From NCBI GenBank assembly GCA_965656575.1, contig CBFHLA010000001.1:1-62432 (forward strand): a stretch of DNA of 62,432 nucleotides. Reading direction: 5' to 3'. Numbering within the stretch: position 1 is the first letter of the stretch; the number at the start of each line of letters is the position of its first letter. Position numbers and translations under genes: made by a program. Source of the stretch: Gammaproteobacteria bacterium. GTDB taxonomy: Bacteria > Pseudomonadota > Gammaproteobacteria > GCA-002705445 > GCA-002716945. Under the pieces are notes generated by a model that was not told the DNA's origin, searched no databases, and was given only the letters and a program-made list of their open reading frames with translations. Shown here piece after piece: positions 45,080 to 56,100 of the stretch.

Positions 45080-46966
45080 ATGAGTGTGAAAGTAAACAAA
45101 ATAAGTTTAAAACAGGAAGGTGGGCAAATGATGCCTGAACAATCTGGGATGCAGCAGCAAGCGCAGCAACCACAGGTTGATCCTCAAGTAATGGAAATAT
45201 CTCAAGCCATTGCATCTTCTGTACAAGAAGGTCAGAATCCACAAGAAGTCGTGATGGCTCTTGTTCAAAATCAAGTAGATCAGCAAGTTATAGCTCAAGC
45301 TTTGATGATGGTGGGTATGGCAGAAGAAGATATTATTACTTTATTTGAACAAATTGAAAGAAGCACTCAACCTTCATCACCAGAGGAAGTAAATGCAAAT
45401 CCTGAATTACTTTCAAGAAATGAAGATATAATAGAACGAGAAGAACAAGAAGCTGCTCAACAAAATCAAATGATGGGTATGGCTAAATCTGGTATAGAAA
45501 TTAAACCAGAAAATAAAGGAAAATTTACAGCATGGGCAAAGAAACGTGGCATGACTGTTTCTGAAGCTGCAAACAAAGTAATGTCAAACAAAGACAGATA
45601 TACAACTGATATTGTTAAAATGGCAAACTTTGCTAAAAATGCAGCAGGCTGGAATAAAGAATATGGTGGGGATGTAAATAATCCTATGGGTTATGTAATG
45701 AGAAGCATGGCTAATTTTCAAAGTGGTGGACAACCAAAAGGTCAAATGATAAATGGTGTCTTTATTCCAGATGAAAGTGAAATAGCAAATGATGCATTTA
45801 ACAAAAATTTGCAAAGACAGGATCAATATTATTTTTCAGATCCACAATATGCAGTATTGCCAATGATGCCACCTCCAACAGTGAATCCGTTATTTGATAT
45901 TATTAATACTGTGGGATCTGCGATTGGAGATGTTAAAGGTGAGTTTAGTAACTTTGGAGATAAAGTAGATCAGTATAAAGCTGACAAATATAAATATTAT
46001 GATGTAGATCTTGATTTTAGTGATGTAAGATCAGAAGAAAACATTAATAAATTTAAAGATTGGGCAACTGCTGAAGTACAAGAATTACAATATCAAACTC
46101 AAGAGAATAAAGCAAAAGCTGACAAACAAGTATCTGACTTGACAGTAGCAAAACCAACATTTGAGCAATGGTTACAGCAAAATCCAAACATTACAAATAT
46201 GGATACTGCAAGAAGTATGTTTGACAGTATATATAATAAAATGTTTGGTGGATCTGTTTATAGTGCACAAATGGGTTTTGAAACACCGGGTTTTAATCCT
46301 GATGCAGATGGTGATGGTATACCAGATGTCATAGATATAGACGGTGGAGAGGGTACAGGTGTACCTGCTTATGGAACAGTTAATAGACCTAACCTTGAAG
46401 ATATGTACAATGAGATTAACTTTGAACCAGAAGTTAATGTTAATAACCCAATATCTGGTACAATAGATAGATTGGGTGATAACCCATATATAAGAGCCGG
46501 TGCTTCTATATTAGGAGCAGCATCAGATTTTGCTGGTTTATATAATAGAATTGCAGATCAAAAAACTTATTTGGAAGCTCAAGATCAACTTGAAGAAAGA
46601 TCTGGTGCTGATTATAAGTATGGAACAAAAATGTCAGGACCAAGAACTAGAGGTACTTATGATGCTTTATCTGGACAATTAGGTAGTGAAGCAGATAGAG
46701 TAGCGGGATACTACATGAATTTTGCAGGCAGCCCTTATAGTTTTTCTGGAACTGCAAAAAAAGGTGGAGAGTTTAAACCACACATGATGTTTGATCCTAA
46801 AACAGGTAAAGGTTATAAAGCTAATGTAACGGCTGACCATGAGAGAATGGCTGAGATGGGGTACTTACATAAAGATGAAATGCAACAAGGTGGTGAAGTA
46901 TTAGAATTATCACAAGATATGATAGCACAACTAATTGCAGCTGGAGCTGACATAGAAATATTATAA
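45080..46966 (+). CDS. large virion/ejection-type protein (628 aa)
   Basis: Q-rich N-terminus. Calcium-binding-like DADGDGIPDVIDIDGGEG (46301-46354). KKGGEF motif at 46757-46774. Confidence 0.6.
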   Translation: MSVKVNKISLKQEGGQMMPEQSGMQQQAQQPQVDPQVMEISQAIASSVQEGQNPQEVVMALVQNQVDQQVIAQALMMVGMAEEDIITLFEQIERSTQPSSPEEVNANPELLSRNEDIIEREEQEAAQQNQMMGMAKSGIEIKPENKGKFTAWAKKRGMTVSEAANKVMSNKDRYTTDIVKMANFAKNAAGWNKEYGGDVNNPMGYVMRSMANFQSGGQPKGQMINGVFIPDESEIANDAFNKNLQRQDQYYFSDPQYAVLPMMPPPTVNPLFDIINTVGSAIGDVKGEFSNFGDKVDQYKADKYKYYDVDLDFSDVRSEENINKFKDWATAEVQELQYQTQENKAKADKQVSDLTVAKPTFEQWLQQNPNITNMDTARSMFDSIYNKMFGGSVYSAQMGFETPGFNPDADGDGIPDVIDIDGGEGTGVPAYGTVNRPNLEDMYNEINFEPEVNVNNPISGTIDRLGDNPYIRAGASILGAASDFAGLYNRIADQKTYLEAQDQLEERSGADYKYGTKMSGPRTRGTYDALSGQLGSEADRVAGYYMNFAGSPYSFSGTAKKGGEFKPHMMFDPKTGKGYKANVTADHERMAEMGYLHKDEMQQGGEVLELSQDMIAQLIAAGADIEIL

Positions 46967-46968
46967 TT

Positions 46969-49761
46969 ATGGCAAAAGTTAAGATAAATAAATTACCAAA
47001 AGGTTTTGAATTAGTTGATGGTAAAGTAAAAAAGAAAGCTATCAAAAGAGATGGTGGTCTTGTTACTGGTGATCAAGCTGATTATGGTTTAGTAACATCT
47101 CCTCAAGATTACTATGGTGGTACAAGTTTTAATGATGAAAATGATCAATCTGTAAGATATAGTTTATCCAGTGTACCTAGAGAAGATGCTAATATTGAAG
47201 CAGAAGGTGGAGAAACTGTTTTAACTGATTTAAATGGCAATGGTCAATTTGGTCTTTATAATATTACAGGTCCTAGACATTCACAAGGTGGTGTTCCTAT
47301 GTACTTACCCGAGCAGTCCTTTATATTTTCTGATACTAATGCAATGAAGATGGATAGATCTGAGTTAGCAGAGTTTGGTATTGAATCTAGAAAGAAAAAG
47401 ACACCAGCAGATGTATCTAAAAAATTTAAGTTAAATGAATACTTAGCGCAAATAAATGATCAGTATGCAGATGAAATATCTACAAGAAGTGCTGACATGA
47501 TGTTAAGTAAAAATATGAAAAGTTTATCAAAGCTTGCTTTTGGACAAGAACTAAAAAAAGGTTTTGAAGATGGTGTGCCATTAGCTGCATATCCATATTT
47601 ACAAGAACAGGGTATTGACCCAATTGAATTCACAGCTCAAATAGAAGAACAATCTAGACAACAAGCTGAACTTAATTTTATTGCATCATTGCCACCAGAG
47701 CAACAAGATCAAATTTTGCGTTTACAAGCTATGATGCAAAATATTGAAAATCCTGATGCAGGTTTAACACAAGATTCATCACAAGAGTTGGCATTGACAA
47801 ACTCACAAGGAGCACCTAATGAAGCAGATGTAGCAATTGCAGATCAAGAACTTACAGCTACACTTAAAAAAGGAGGAGAGTTATTAAAAGCTCAAGCAGG
47901 TACTGAAGTAAGAATACCAGGTTCTGATCAACCACAGGATGGAGAAACATATAATGACTATTATAAGAGAATTGGTGATAAAGCATCTGTAAGGGAGGAT
48001 GCTCAAGGGTCATATGTATATGATTCAGAGTTAGGTGTATTTTTACCTACACAATATAAAGAACAAAGTAGACAAGAAGAAACCCAACAAACAACTGCTG
48101 AAAATGCTGATGGTAAAATTACAAGAGCTCAAGCAGAAGAAATAAATCCTCTTCCAATAGGACATTCTAAAAGAGAGTTGTTTACTGAAAAATTAATGAA
48201 AGGATATCAATTAGTTGAATCTAGAGATGAGGTAAATGGAAAAACAAATTACAAATTAATTGAACCTGCAGCACCAAGTTTATTTGAAGATTTTAGTGAA
48301 TACAAACAGCAAAGTATTGATGTACAAGGTAGAGGTGAAATACCAATTACAGATGAAGTTACAAATGAGTTGATAGAAGTTTATGAAGGATTTCCTGATA
48401 ATGCTAGGATCAGAAAAGGTATTTACTCAGGTCAAAATAGACCTGAAGTTCAAACTTCAATGGGTACTGATTCAAACTCATTTGGTGCAGATCTTAATAC
48501 AGATATAGCAGAAAAAGATTTTATGTTAAGATGGGGAGATGCTGCAAGTAAAGTTCCTGGTTTTGATTATAATATGCCACAAGGAAGATGGAGTGGTAAC
48601 AATCCTTTAGATGCACAAGCAAAAGCTTATAAAAAACAATGGACTGCTATGCAAAATGCAATGCAAGAAGTTGAAAATGAATTTGCAAAGAAAAATAATT
48701 TAGAACCTAGAGTATTATTTCCAGGTGATAGACCCGGTAGTAGTGTAGATGGAAAACTTGGTTTAGATACATTTAACAAAGCTAGAAGTTATATTAGAAC
48801 TAAAGATCAAGAAATTTTAGAAGAAGAAGTTAAAGATACACTAGAACCAAGAGATCCAAATACTTTTGAGACACCAAAGCAAGAAAAACCACAATGGTGG
48901 TGGCAAGATCTTAATAACCTTGCAACACAAGCTTCTTTAGAAAATCCATTGTTCTTACCAAACATCCCTAAAGTACCTAATGAAGAAATTGATTATGTAT
49001 TGGATGATTGGACAGGTAGAGCAAATATGACTAATGCAGCATTAAATACAATGGCTCAGAATCTTAGGGCTTTTGGTAAAGGTAAAGTTGCAGGATCTAA
49101 TTTATTTGGTAAAGCTGTTGGTCAACTTGCAAAAGATGTTGGTGCAGTAAATACAAACAATATACGAATTATGAACAGTGTTGCATTGCCACAAGCACAG
49201 CTTAATTTAAGAACTGGCGTTGCAAATGCACAAGCATATAAAGATGAGTATGATAGTACAGTTACGGCCTTACAAAGATATGTTGATTTTGAAAATTGGG
49301 ATAAACAAAAAACAAATGAGCTTTATAATCAAGCTATAACTAATAGAGCTAATACATTTAATATGAATCAGCTTAAAGATATTTACAAAGCCGACCCATC
49401 TGCAGGTGGTATTGAATCTCAAAAGTATGCCAAACCATATGAAGTAGATACGGATGATAGAACCGATCAACAAAAAAGGATGGATATGTATATTCAAACA
49501 AGAGATAGGTTAATAGAACAATATCCAGATATGCCTGAAGAAGATATAGAAAACCGTGTAGATTATTTGTTAACAGGTCAAACTGGTTCACGCAAAAAGA
49601 GAAGTCAAAATTATAATGATTTTGAAAGCGGTAGTAATCCCAATGCTTCTGGTTTAACTAGTAATGCACCTTCTGTAAGAACAGATGGATTAACAGGAAG
49701 AAAAGGAAAAGAATTAAAACCATTTGCTTATCCATTTTATACGGGTAAGATGGGTATGTAA
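46969..49761 (+). CDS. large virion/ejection-type protein (930 aa)
   Basis: ORF track. KKGGEL motif at 47866-47883. No catalytic motif recognised. Confidence 0.6.
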   Translation: MAKVKINKLPKGFELVDGKVKKKAIKRDGGLVTGDQADYGLVTSPQDYYGGTSFNDENDQSVRYSLSSVPREDANIEAEGGETVLTDLNGNGQFGLYNITGPRHSQGGVPMYLPEQSFIFSDTNAMKMDRSELAEFGIESRKKKTPADVSKKFKLNEYLAQINDQYADEISTRSADMMLSKNMKSLSKLAFGQELKKGFEDGVPLAAYPYLQEQGIDPIEFTAQIEEQSRQQAELNFIASLPPEQQDQILRLQAMMQNIENPDAGLTQDSSQELALTNSQGAPNEADVAIADQELTATLKKGGELLKAQAGTEVRIPGSDQPQDGETYNDYYKRIGDKASVREDAQGSYVYDSELGVFLPTQYKEQSRQEETQQTTAENADGKITRAQAEEINPLPIGHSKRELFTEKLMKGYQLVESRDEVNGKTNYKLIEPAAPSLFEDFSEYKQQSIDVQGRGEIPITDEVTNELIEVYEGFPDNARIRKGIYSGQNRPEVQTSMGTDSNSFGADLNTDIAEKDFMLRWGDAASKVPGFDYNMPQGRWSGNNPLDAQAKAYKKQWTAMQNAMQEVENEFAKKNNLEPRVLFPGDRPGSSVDGKLGLDTFNKARSYIRTKDQEILEEEVKDTLEPRDPNTFETPKQEKPQWWWQDLNNLATQASLENPLFLPNIPKVPNEEIDYVLDDWTGRANMTNAALNTMAQNLRAFGKGKVAGSNLFGKAVGQLAKDVGAVNTNNIRIMNSVALPQAQLNLRTGVANAQAYKDEYDSTVTALQRYVDFENWDKQKTNELYNQAITNRANTFNMNQLKDIYKADPSAGGIESQKYAKPYEVDTDDRTDQQKRMDMYIQTRDRLIEQYPDMPEEDIENRVDYLLTGQTGSRKKRSQNYNDFESGSNPNASGLTSNAPSVRTDGLTGRKGKELKPFAYPFYTGKMGM

Positions 49762-49820
49762 ACATTAAAGGTTTATTTATATTAGTTGGTAAACTTTATA
49801 AATATTAGTAAATTTGAATT

Positions 49821-52800
49821 ATGGCAACGTATATAAAAGGAGAGAAGAATTTTTACCCGGACATTAAACCTTTTACCCCTGATTATAAGTTTCTTAATGC
49901 TACATTAGATGCAAGAGAAGCAAAATATCAAGCGGGTTGGCAGGCCACTAATGATCTGTATAGTAGAATATATTCTGATTTGTCTAGAGAAGACACTAAA
50001 GATTTTCAAAAACACTTTATTGAAAAGTTAGCGCCAGAAATGCAAAAGATTTCAGGTCTTGATTTATCTATTGCCAAAAATGTAGATGCAGCTAAAGGTG
50101 TATTTGCTCCTTTTTTTGAAGATGATCTTGTAGTAAAAGACATGGTTTATACTTCAACATATAAACAACAGATGCGATATGCTGATCAACTTGCACAAAG
50201 CCCTATACAAGAAGTAAGAGAAAAATATAATCCTATTGCTACAGAAGCAATGAACTATAGATTGCAAGAGTTTCAAAATGCATCTGCAGGTCAAGCATTA
50301 GGAATGAGGCTTCCGGAGTTTGTTGAAGATCCTGATATACCAACTTTAGGTCAAAAGTATCTTCAAGATCTTGGTTATAAGTTTGAAGAGTATGACAGAC
50401 TTCAAGACACTTCAGGACCTGACGGTATACCAGGAACAAAAGATGATACACCTAATAAATGGATTATTACTGAAAAAGGTGGTAAACGTGTTGAGATAGA
50501 TGCTTATAATCAAATTATGTCTGGTTTATATGATGACCCTAGAGTTACTAAGTGGTATAATACAAAAGCATATGTAGATTCTAAAAGATATGCAACTCAA
50601 GCTTCTCAAGATGGAAGTATTTCAGAGCAACAAGCTATGAATGATTGGGCTAAAGAACAAGTTTTTAGACTTGATGAACTTAATAGATCAAAAATTAACA
50701 ATACAAAAGAAGAAATAAAATCAACTAATGATGTTGTAGTAAAATGGGATAACTTTTCTTCTAATAAAGGTTTAACGCCTGCAGAGCAACAGCATGTTGA
50801 AAAAGAAAAATCATATGCTGAACAATTACAAGCAGATTTAGAAAAAAGAATTGGTGTTCAAAAAATAGTTGAATCACCAGATATTGATGATCAAGCCCTT
50901 ATGTCAAAAGCATATTCAATGTTATCTAATTATTATATGGATCAGGATATGCGTAGAGCGGCTTATAATTTTAGTAATTTAGAAAGATCATTAAAAATTA
51001 AAGAAGATCCGTTTACTCTTCAAGATGAAAAATACAAATATGAGCTTCAGAAAATTAGAGTAAAAGCTTGGTATGATAAAGAACTAGAAGATATTAAGCA
51101 AGAAGATAGGCTAGAGCTAGCAGAATTTGAAAGAATAGCTGATATAGAAAAGTTACAGCTTGAGGGTAAAATAGCTGGTCAAGATGCTTTAGCCAATGTA
51201 AGAGGTCAGTCTGGATTTGATTATTCGTCTCCTTTTTCTTCAACGTATCAAATGAAAGATGGTAAGTTTGTGAATGTAGATCCTATAAAAGCAAATAATA
51301 TAGCAATTGCTGAAAAAGAATCACAAATTACTTCTGAAAAAGTAGGTTTGTTGGGAGATATGTTATCTGTTAGATATCAAAATCCTGATAATAAATATAG
51401 TATAAAGCTTACAAAAGAAGACGGAACACAGTTTGATTTTACAGGTACACCATTAGAAATATCAAATGAGTTAAAAAAGAAAAAAAGAATTGAAGAAGAT
51501 GGTGTAGTTATTGAAACAGATCAATTTCAATACTATCAAGATATTGTAAAACTATTTGATGAACAATCAAAGTGGTTTGAAAATAGAGATAAAGTTTATC
51601 AAGAAAAAACTCCTGAGTATCTTCAACCTGGAGGTAGATATGATAAAATTTATAATCAATTATTTAGACAAGATCCTCAAGACTATGAAAAGTCAGGTTT
51701 AGTTTTAAGAGAGGATTTATTTAATAAAACAGTTGCAGAAAATGCAGCAACATTTTATGACGCAGGAAAAAATGCAGCAACAGCTTTACAAGAAAGTGAT
51801 AATACCTTTGATGAACTTGTAAAGCAAGGGTATCCATTACCATATACAGAAGAGAATGGTGTAAAAAAATTCATGAATAAAAAAGAATACATGGATCTTT
51901 TTAGAGAGGAAGCTAAAGCAGGTAAGATAAAAAACTTTGACCCTTCTGGTGTAAACAAAGCAAGTGATGGAGATGATGATCCAAATTGGAAAGATGGGGA
52001 ATTTAAAACTATGCCGGGTGCGGCTGGCGGTCTTCCAACATTTATATATGTACCAGAAGCATGGGATTATGATGCTATGGATGGTAAGTCATCATACATT
52101 TGGGACAAGATAAAAGAATACATTGTTAAAGAACAAAACGTTGTTCCATCTAAAACCTTTATTTCATTAGATAGGGGATTGGGTTCAGCTAGCACTACAG
52201 ATATAGGTTTTGTTGCTACAGAAACTGTACGTACAGATAATAATCCTGAAAAAGGAACTAGAGGAAATGAATTACTTGCTACATCTATTTATCAACAACA
52301 AGTATCTGGTAAGGCTGGTGGTTTAGGTACTCAAGTTATTATGAGGCCTGATGATACAAGTGTTATAGAAAATTTAAATATAGGTGAAGGTGTTCAAAAA
52401 ACTGATACTCAAAAAGCCTCTGAATTTTTACTAAATATTTTACAGGGATCTCAATCAAAAACTGGTGAATTTAGTTTAACTTATTTTCCAAATTTAGGAC
52501 CAAGAATATTTGATGATGAAGGTGAAGAAGTTAGAACTCCAACTGCTGCATATCAATATTCTGATTTTAGTCCTGAGTTAATTAAGACTTTAACTAATAG
52601 TAATAATTTACCAGAAAACGTAAGTCTGGAAGCAATGAAAAAAGTATTGGGTAACGGTGTAATGGTTGTATTTGATAGAAATACAGATGTAAATCCAGGA
52701 GCATATGATAATTCAAGACAATCTTTTATTGAAAAACAAATAGATTTATCTCCAAATCAAAGCTATACTTATACAGGAAAAGGAAGTATGTTTAGTCCAG

Positions 52801-53159
52801 GAGAAGCAACTATATTTAAAACAAAACCCAATGAGTTTGTTGTACGTTATCAACTTAATGAATTTGACCCTAATTCTACAGATATAAATAAACAATATAA
52901 AACATATGCTCAAAATGAAGTTGTGTTATCATATGATGAAAGCTTAGATTTTTCACAAGATTTAAATAAAAGATTTAGTGAAATTATGGATGCATTGGAT
53001 AGACAGAATGTTCAAAATAATCTTATGGAAATGCAATCTAGAGCTGCAAATTTAACTGAAGAAAGTTGGATTAATGAATATATGAGAAAAGTTCCTGGTG
53101 CTACAAAAGAAAATGCGAAATTAGCATATGAGCAGACCATGGATAATCTTAAAAAATAA
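49821..53159 (+). CDS. large virion/ejection-type protein (1112 aa)
   Basis: ORF track; charged, coiled-coil-rich; no motif recognised. Confidence 0.6.
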   Translation: MATYIKGEKNFYPDIKPFTPDYKFLNATLDAREAKYQAGWQATNDLYSRIYSDLSREDTKDFQKHFIEKLAPEMQKISGLDLSIAKNVDAAKGVFAPFFEDDLVVKDMVYTSTYKQQMRYADQLAQSPIQEVREKYNPIATEAMNYRLQEFQNASAGQALGMRLPEFVEDPDIPTLGQKYLQDLGYKFEEYDRLQDTSGPDGIPGTKDDTPNKWIITEKGGKRVEIDAYNQIMSGLYDDPRVTKWYNTKAYVDSKRYATQASQDGSISEQQAMNDWAKEQVFRLDELNRSKINNTKEEIKSTNDVVVKWDNFSSNKGLTPAEQQHVEKEKSYAEQLQADLEKRIGVQKIVESPDIDDQALMSKAYSMLSNYYMDQDMRRAAYNFSNLERSLKIKEDPFTLQDEKYKYELQKIRVKAWYDKELEDIKQEDRLELAEFERIADIEKLQLEGKIAGQDALANVRGQSGFDYSSPFSSTYQMKDGKFVNVDPIKANNIAIAEKESQITSEKVGLLGDMLSVRYQNPDNKYSIKLTKEDGTQFDFTGTPLEISNELKKKKRIEEDGVVIETDQFQYYQDIVKLFDEQSKWFENRDKVYQEKTPEYLQPGGRYDKIYNQLFRQDPQDYEKSGLVLREDLFNKTVAENAATFYDAGKNAATALQESDNTFDELVKQGYPLPYTEENGVKKFMNKKEYMDLFREEAKAGKIKNFDPSGVNKASDGDDDPNWKDGEFKTMPGAAGGLPTFIYVPEAWDYDAMDGKSSYIWDKIKEYIVKEQNVVPSKTFISLDRGLGSASTTDIGFVATETVRTDNNPEKGTRGNELLATSIYQQQVSGKAGGLGTQVIMRPDDTSVIENLNIGEGVQKTDTQKASEFLLNILQGSQSKTGEFSLTYFPNLGPRIFDDEGEEVRTPTAAYQYSDFSPELIKTLTNSNNLPENVSLEAMKKVLGNGVMVVFDRNTDVNPGAYDNSRQSFIEKQIDLSPNQSYTYTGKGSMFSPGEATIFKTKPNEFVVRYQLNEFDPNSTDINKQYKTYAQNEVVLSYDESLDFSQDLNKRFSEIMDALDRQNVQNNLMEMQSRAANLTEESWINEYMRKVPGATKENAKLAYEQTMDNLKK

Positions 53160-53170
53160 ACTAGCATAAT

Positions 53171-56100
53171 ATGTCAGAGTTAACAAACAATTTACCAAAT
53201 CCGGATTTTGATTTGCAACAACGAATTGTACAAGATTCAGTTGACATGAATCCTATTGATACATCTGTTCCTTACCAATCTATAGATGATATACTACCTG
53301 AATTGAATAACCCTATAGATGATCAGTACATGAAGCAAATTGATATGTACAGAACTGAAATGGATAAAGTAGGTCCTAATGCTATTGGTAATATGTTTAT
53401 GGATAAACTAACTCCTGGTTTATCAACTAGTACAGAACCGCAAAGAAATTTATCTATTGCTGAGCAACTTCAGCAAAAGTTAAAAGAACCTTTGGTATCA
53501 GATGCAGGCACGTTACCTAACCCAATATGGAGTAATGTAAGACAAATTAATTTTGATAGACAATATAATAGTGATGCTTTTGCAGATATAGGTTTTGCTC
53601 CTTATGCGGACATGGATGCTGTATTTAATAAAAACATGACTGGTTATGATGGGTTCCAAAGAGGTTTTAAACAATTTGGCAATCTATTTTACACAGGTTT
53701 TGCATCTAGTTATAGATCTATTGCGGATATATTTGATGGTGATAGTTATTGGGAAGATCCAGATTTAACTTCAGCACAAGAAATGGAAGATGCCATGAGA
53801 ATTGGTGGTAGTACAGACGGCAGCTTAGGTGGTTGGTTTGGTAACCTTGGTTTAAACTTTGGTTATACAGCAGGTATTGTAGCATCTATTGCCGCTGAAG
53901 AAGCAATATTAGCAACTGGTGCTGCCCTTGCAGCTATACCAACTGGTGGTGGTAGTTTAGCTGCATTTATTGCTGCACAAGCAAGATTTATACCCAGAAT
54001 AAAAAAAGCTGTTGATTTTACAGTTAGGGGAACTACATTTGGTAGAGGTGCAAAAGCATCTTATGATTTTGTAAAACAAATATCTCAAGTAGAAAGAGCA
54101 AGAGATTTATTTAATGCTGCTCAACTTGGTAGAGGTATGAATACTGTATTTAGAACAATTGCTCCAGAAACTTTATATGCAATTAAAAATTGGAAGACTG
54201 CAAAAAATACTGCACAAAATACAATCAATCTTGCTAAGATTTCAAATATGTTTGGTGCATTCTATAGAGATTTTAGAATGGTTAATGCTTCATTGTCTGA
54301 GTCCAAAATGGAAGCAGGTATGGTTTACAATCAAGTTTTAAATAATGGTTTAGCTGAAGCAAATTATAAAAATCAAGGTGGGGGTGTAACAGAACAGCAG
54401 ACTAAAGATATAATGATTAAAGCTGCTGAGGCATCCTTTAAAGCTCAGATGGCAAATTTTGCTGTTATATATGCTTCTAACAGAATTGTTTTAAAAAATG
54501 CATTTGGTGGCTGGAGAAGACAAGTTACTAACTCAAACAGAATTCTACGTAAAGATGCATTTACAGCAGTAAAGGGAAGTAAATATTTAATAAAGAGAAT
54601 ACCACAAGAACTTAAATTAGCTTTTAATAGAGCCGGTTACAAAGGAGCTGCTAAAGTTATGGGTACTCAGATGTTAAGATATGGTGCTGCTAATTTAGCG
54701 GAAGGTGCACAAGAAATATCTCAAGAAGCAATTTCTGCTGCAACTGTTGGTTACTATAGTTCATTGTTAAGAGATCCTTTAAGTGGTGGCCCATCAACTC
54801 TTGCGGGTTATGTTGGTCAATCAACTTCTAATCTTGCATCAAAAGAAGGCTTAAGTGTTTTTCTTTCAGGATTTTTAATGGGTGGTTTAGCTGGTCCTTA
54901 TCAGCAAGTTTTGTTTCAGGGTTTACCTGCTATTGGTAGGAGTGCATATGCAAAAGCAAACACAAAATTTGGTGATGGTACACAATCAAACTACGCCAAA
55001 GAATATAGTCAAAGAAGAGAACAAGTATTAGATGATATTGTAAAACAAATTAATGAGCGTGGTGAAATGATGAAACAAGATTTAGAATCTGTGCTTTCAC
55101 CATCTCAATTTCAAGCTATATTACAAAAACAAAATTTTTCTGAGCAAAGCATTGCATTTGCAGATAATGATAAATATGATTTTGATAATGCACAGTTTGC
55201 TGCACAGTTTTTTAATTTGTATTCAGCATATGAAAGAGGCTCTATAAAATTTGCAAGAGAAAGTTATGTTGAGTTTAGTAAAATGTCAGATAAAGATCTT
55301 GCAGAAGCATTTAATCCAAAAGAGTTTGGAAAACCTGAGAAGGTAAGAAAACGTATTCAAAAACAAATTAATTTGATAGATGAATATGGTGAGACTTTTG
55401 CTAATAAATTACCTAAAGTATTTGATAAAACTTTTAACTATGAAAATTTAACTGCTGGTAGTCCAGAGTATTTAAACTTACAAAGAGAAGAACAAGCATA
55501 TAAACATAATAAAATGCTTTATATGTTTACTAATGAAGCTTATAAAAATGCTGTAGAAAGACAAGCAGCTATAGAGACATCATTAGAAACAGAACCTTTG
55601 TTTGCTAAACAAGCAAGTTCTGATATAAGAATACTATATAACAAAGAAAGTATAGACCAAGAGTTAACCTTGCTAGATGCCGAGATTAAAGCTGCGGAAG
55701 AAGCAGGAGAATCTAAAACAGTAATTAACAAAAAGAAAAATAAAAGGAAAGCTTTACAGAAGTATGCTGATGTTATTAATGATCCTAAAAATATAACTAA
55801 AAAAGGAAACATAAGCAGGAGACAAGGTACAGTAAATAAAGTTAGATCTGCATTTAAAAACTATATACAAGTTCTTGCAGAAAATAATTCTGACTTTGTT
55901 AATCAAGATTTAGTTGATGATGCAGTTGCAAAAATTGTAGATCATAGCGCACTTAGATCTGATGCAGCATCATTTTCTAGGTCTATTGATTTTATGACTA
56001 ATCCTACTAAGCAACAAGAAATTGCCGATAGATCAAAACAATACTATGAATGGTTGTATAAAAATAGAGATGCAGTAGTAAAAGAAGCAGCCGCTAGGTA

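Noticed and set aside
45026-49820. Possible terminator hairpins after 45025 and 49761
   Set aside because: The stems are short, AT-rich and mismatched (AAGGGTT/AAACCTT; AAAGGTTTA/TAAACTTT) and lack a clear T-run. This is too weak to annotate.
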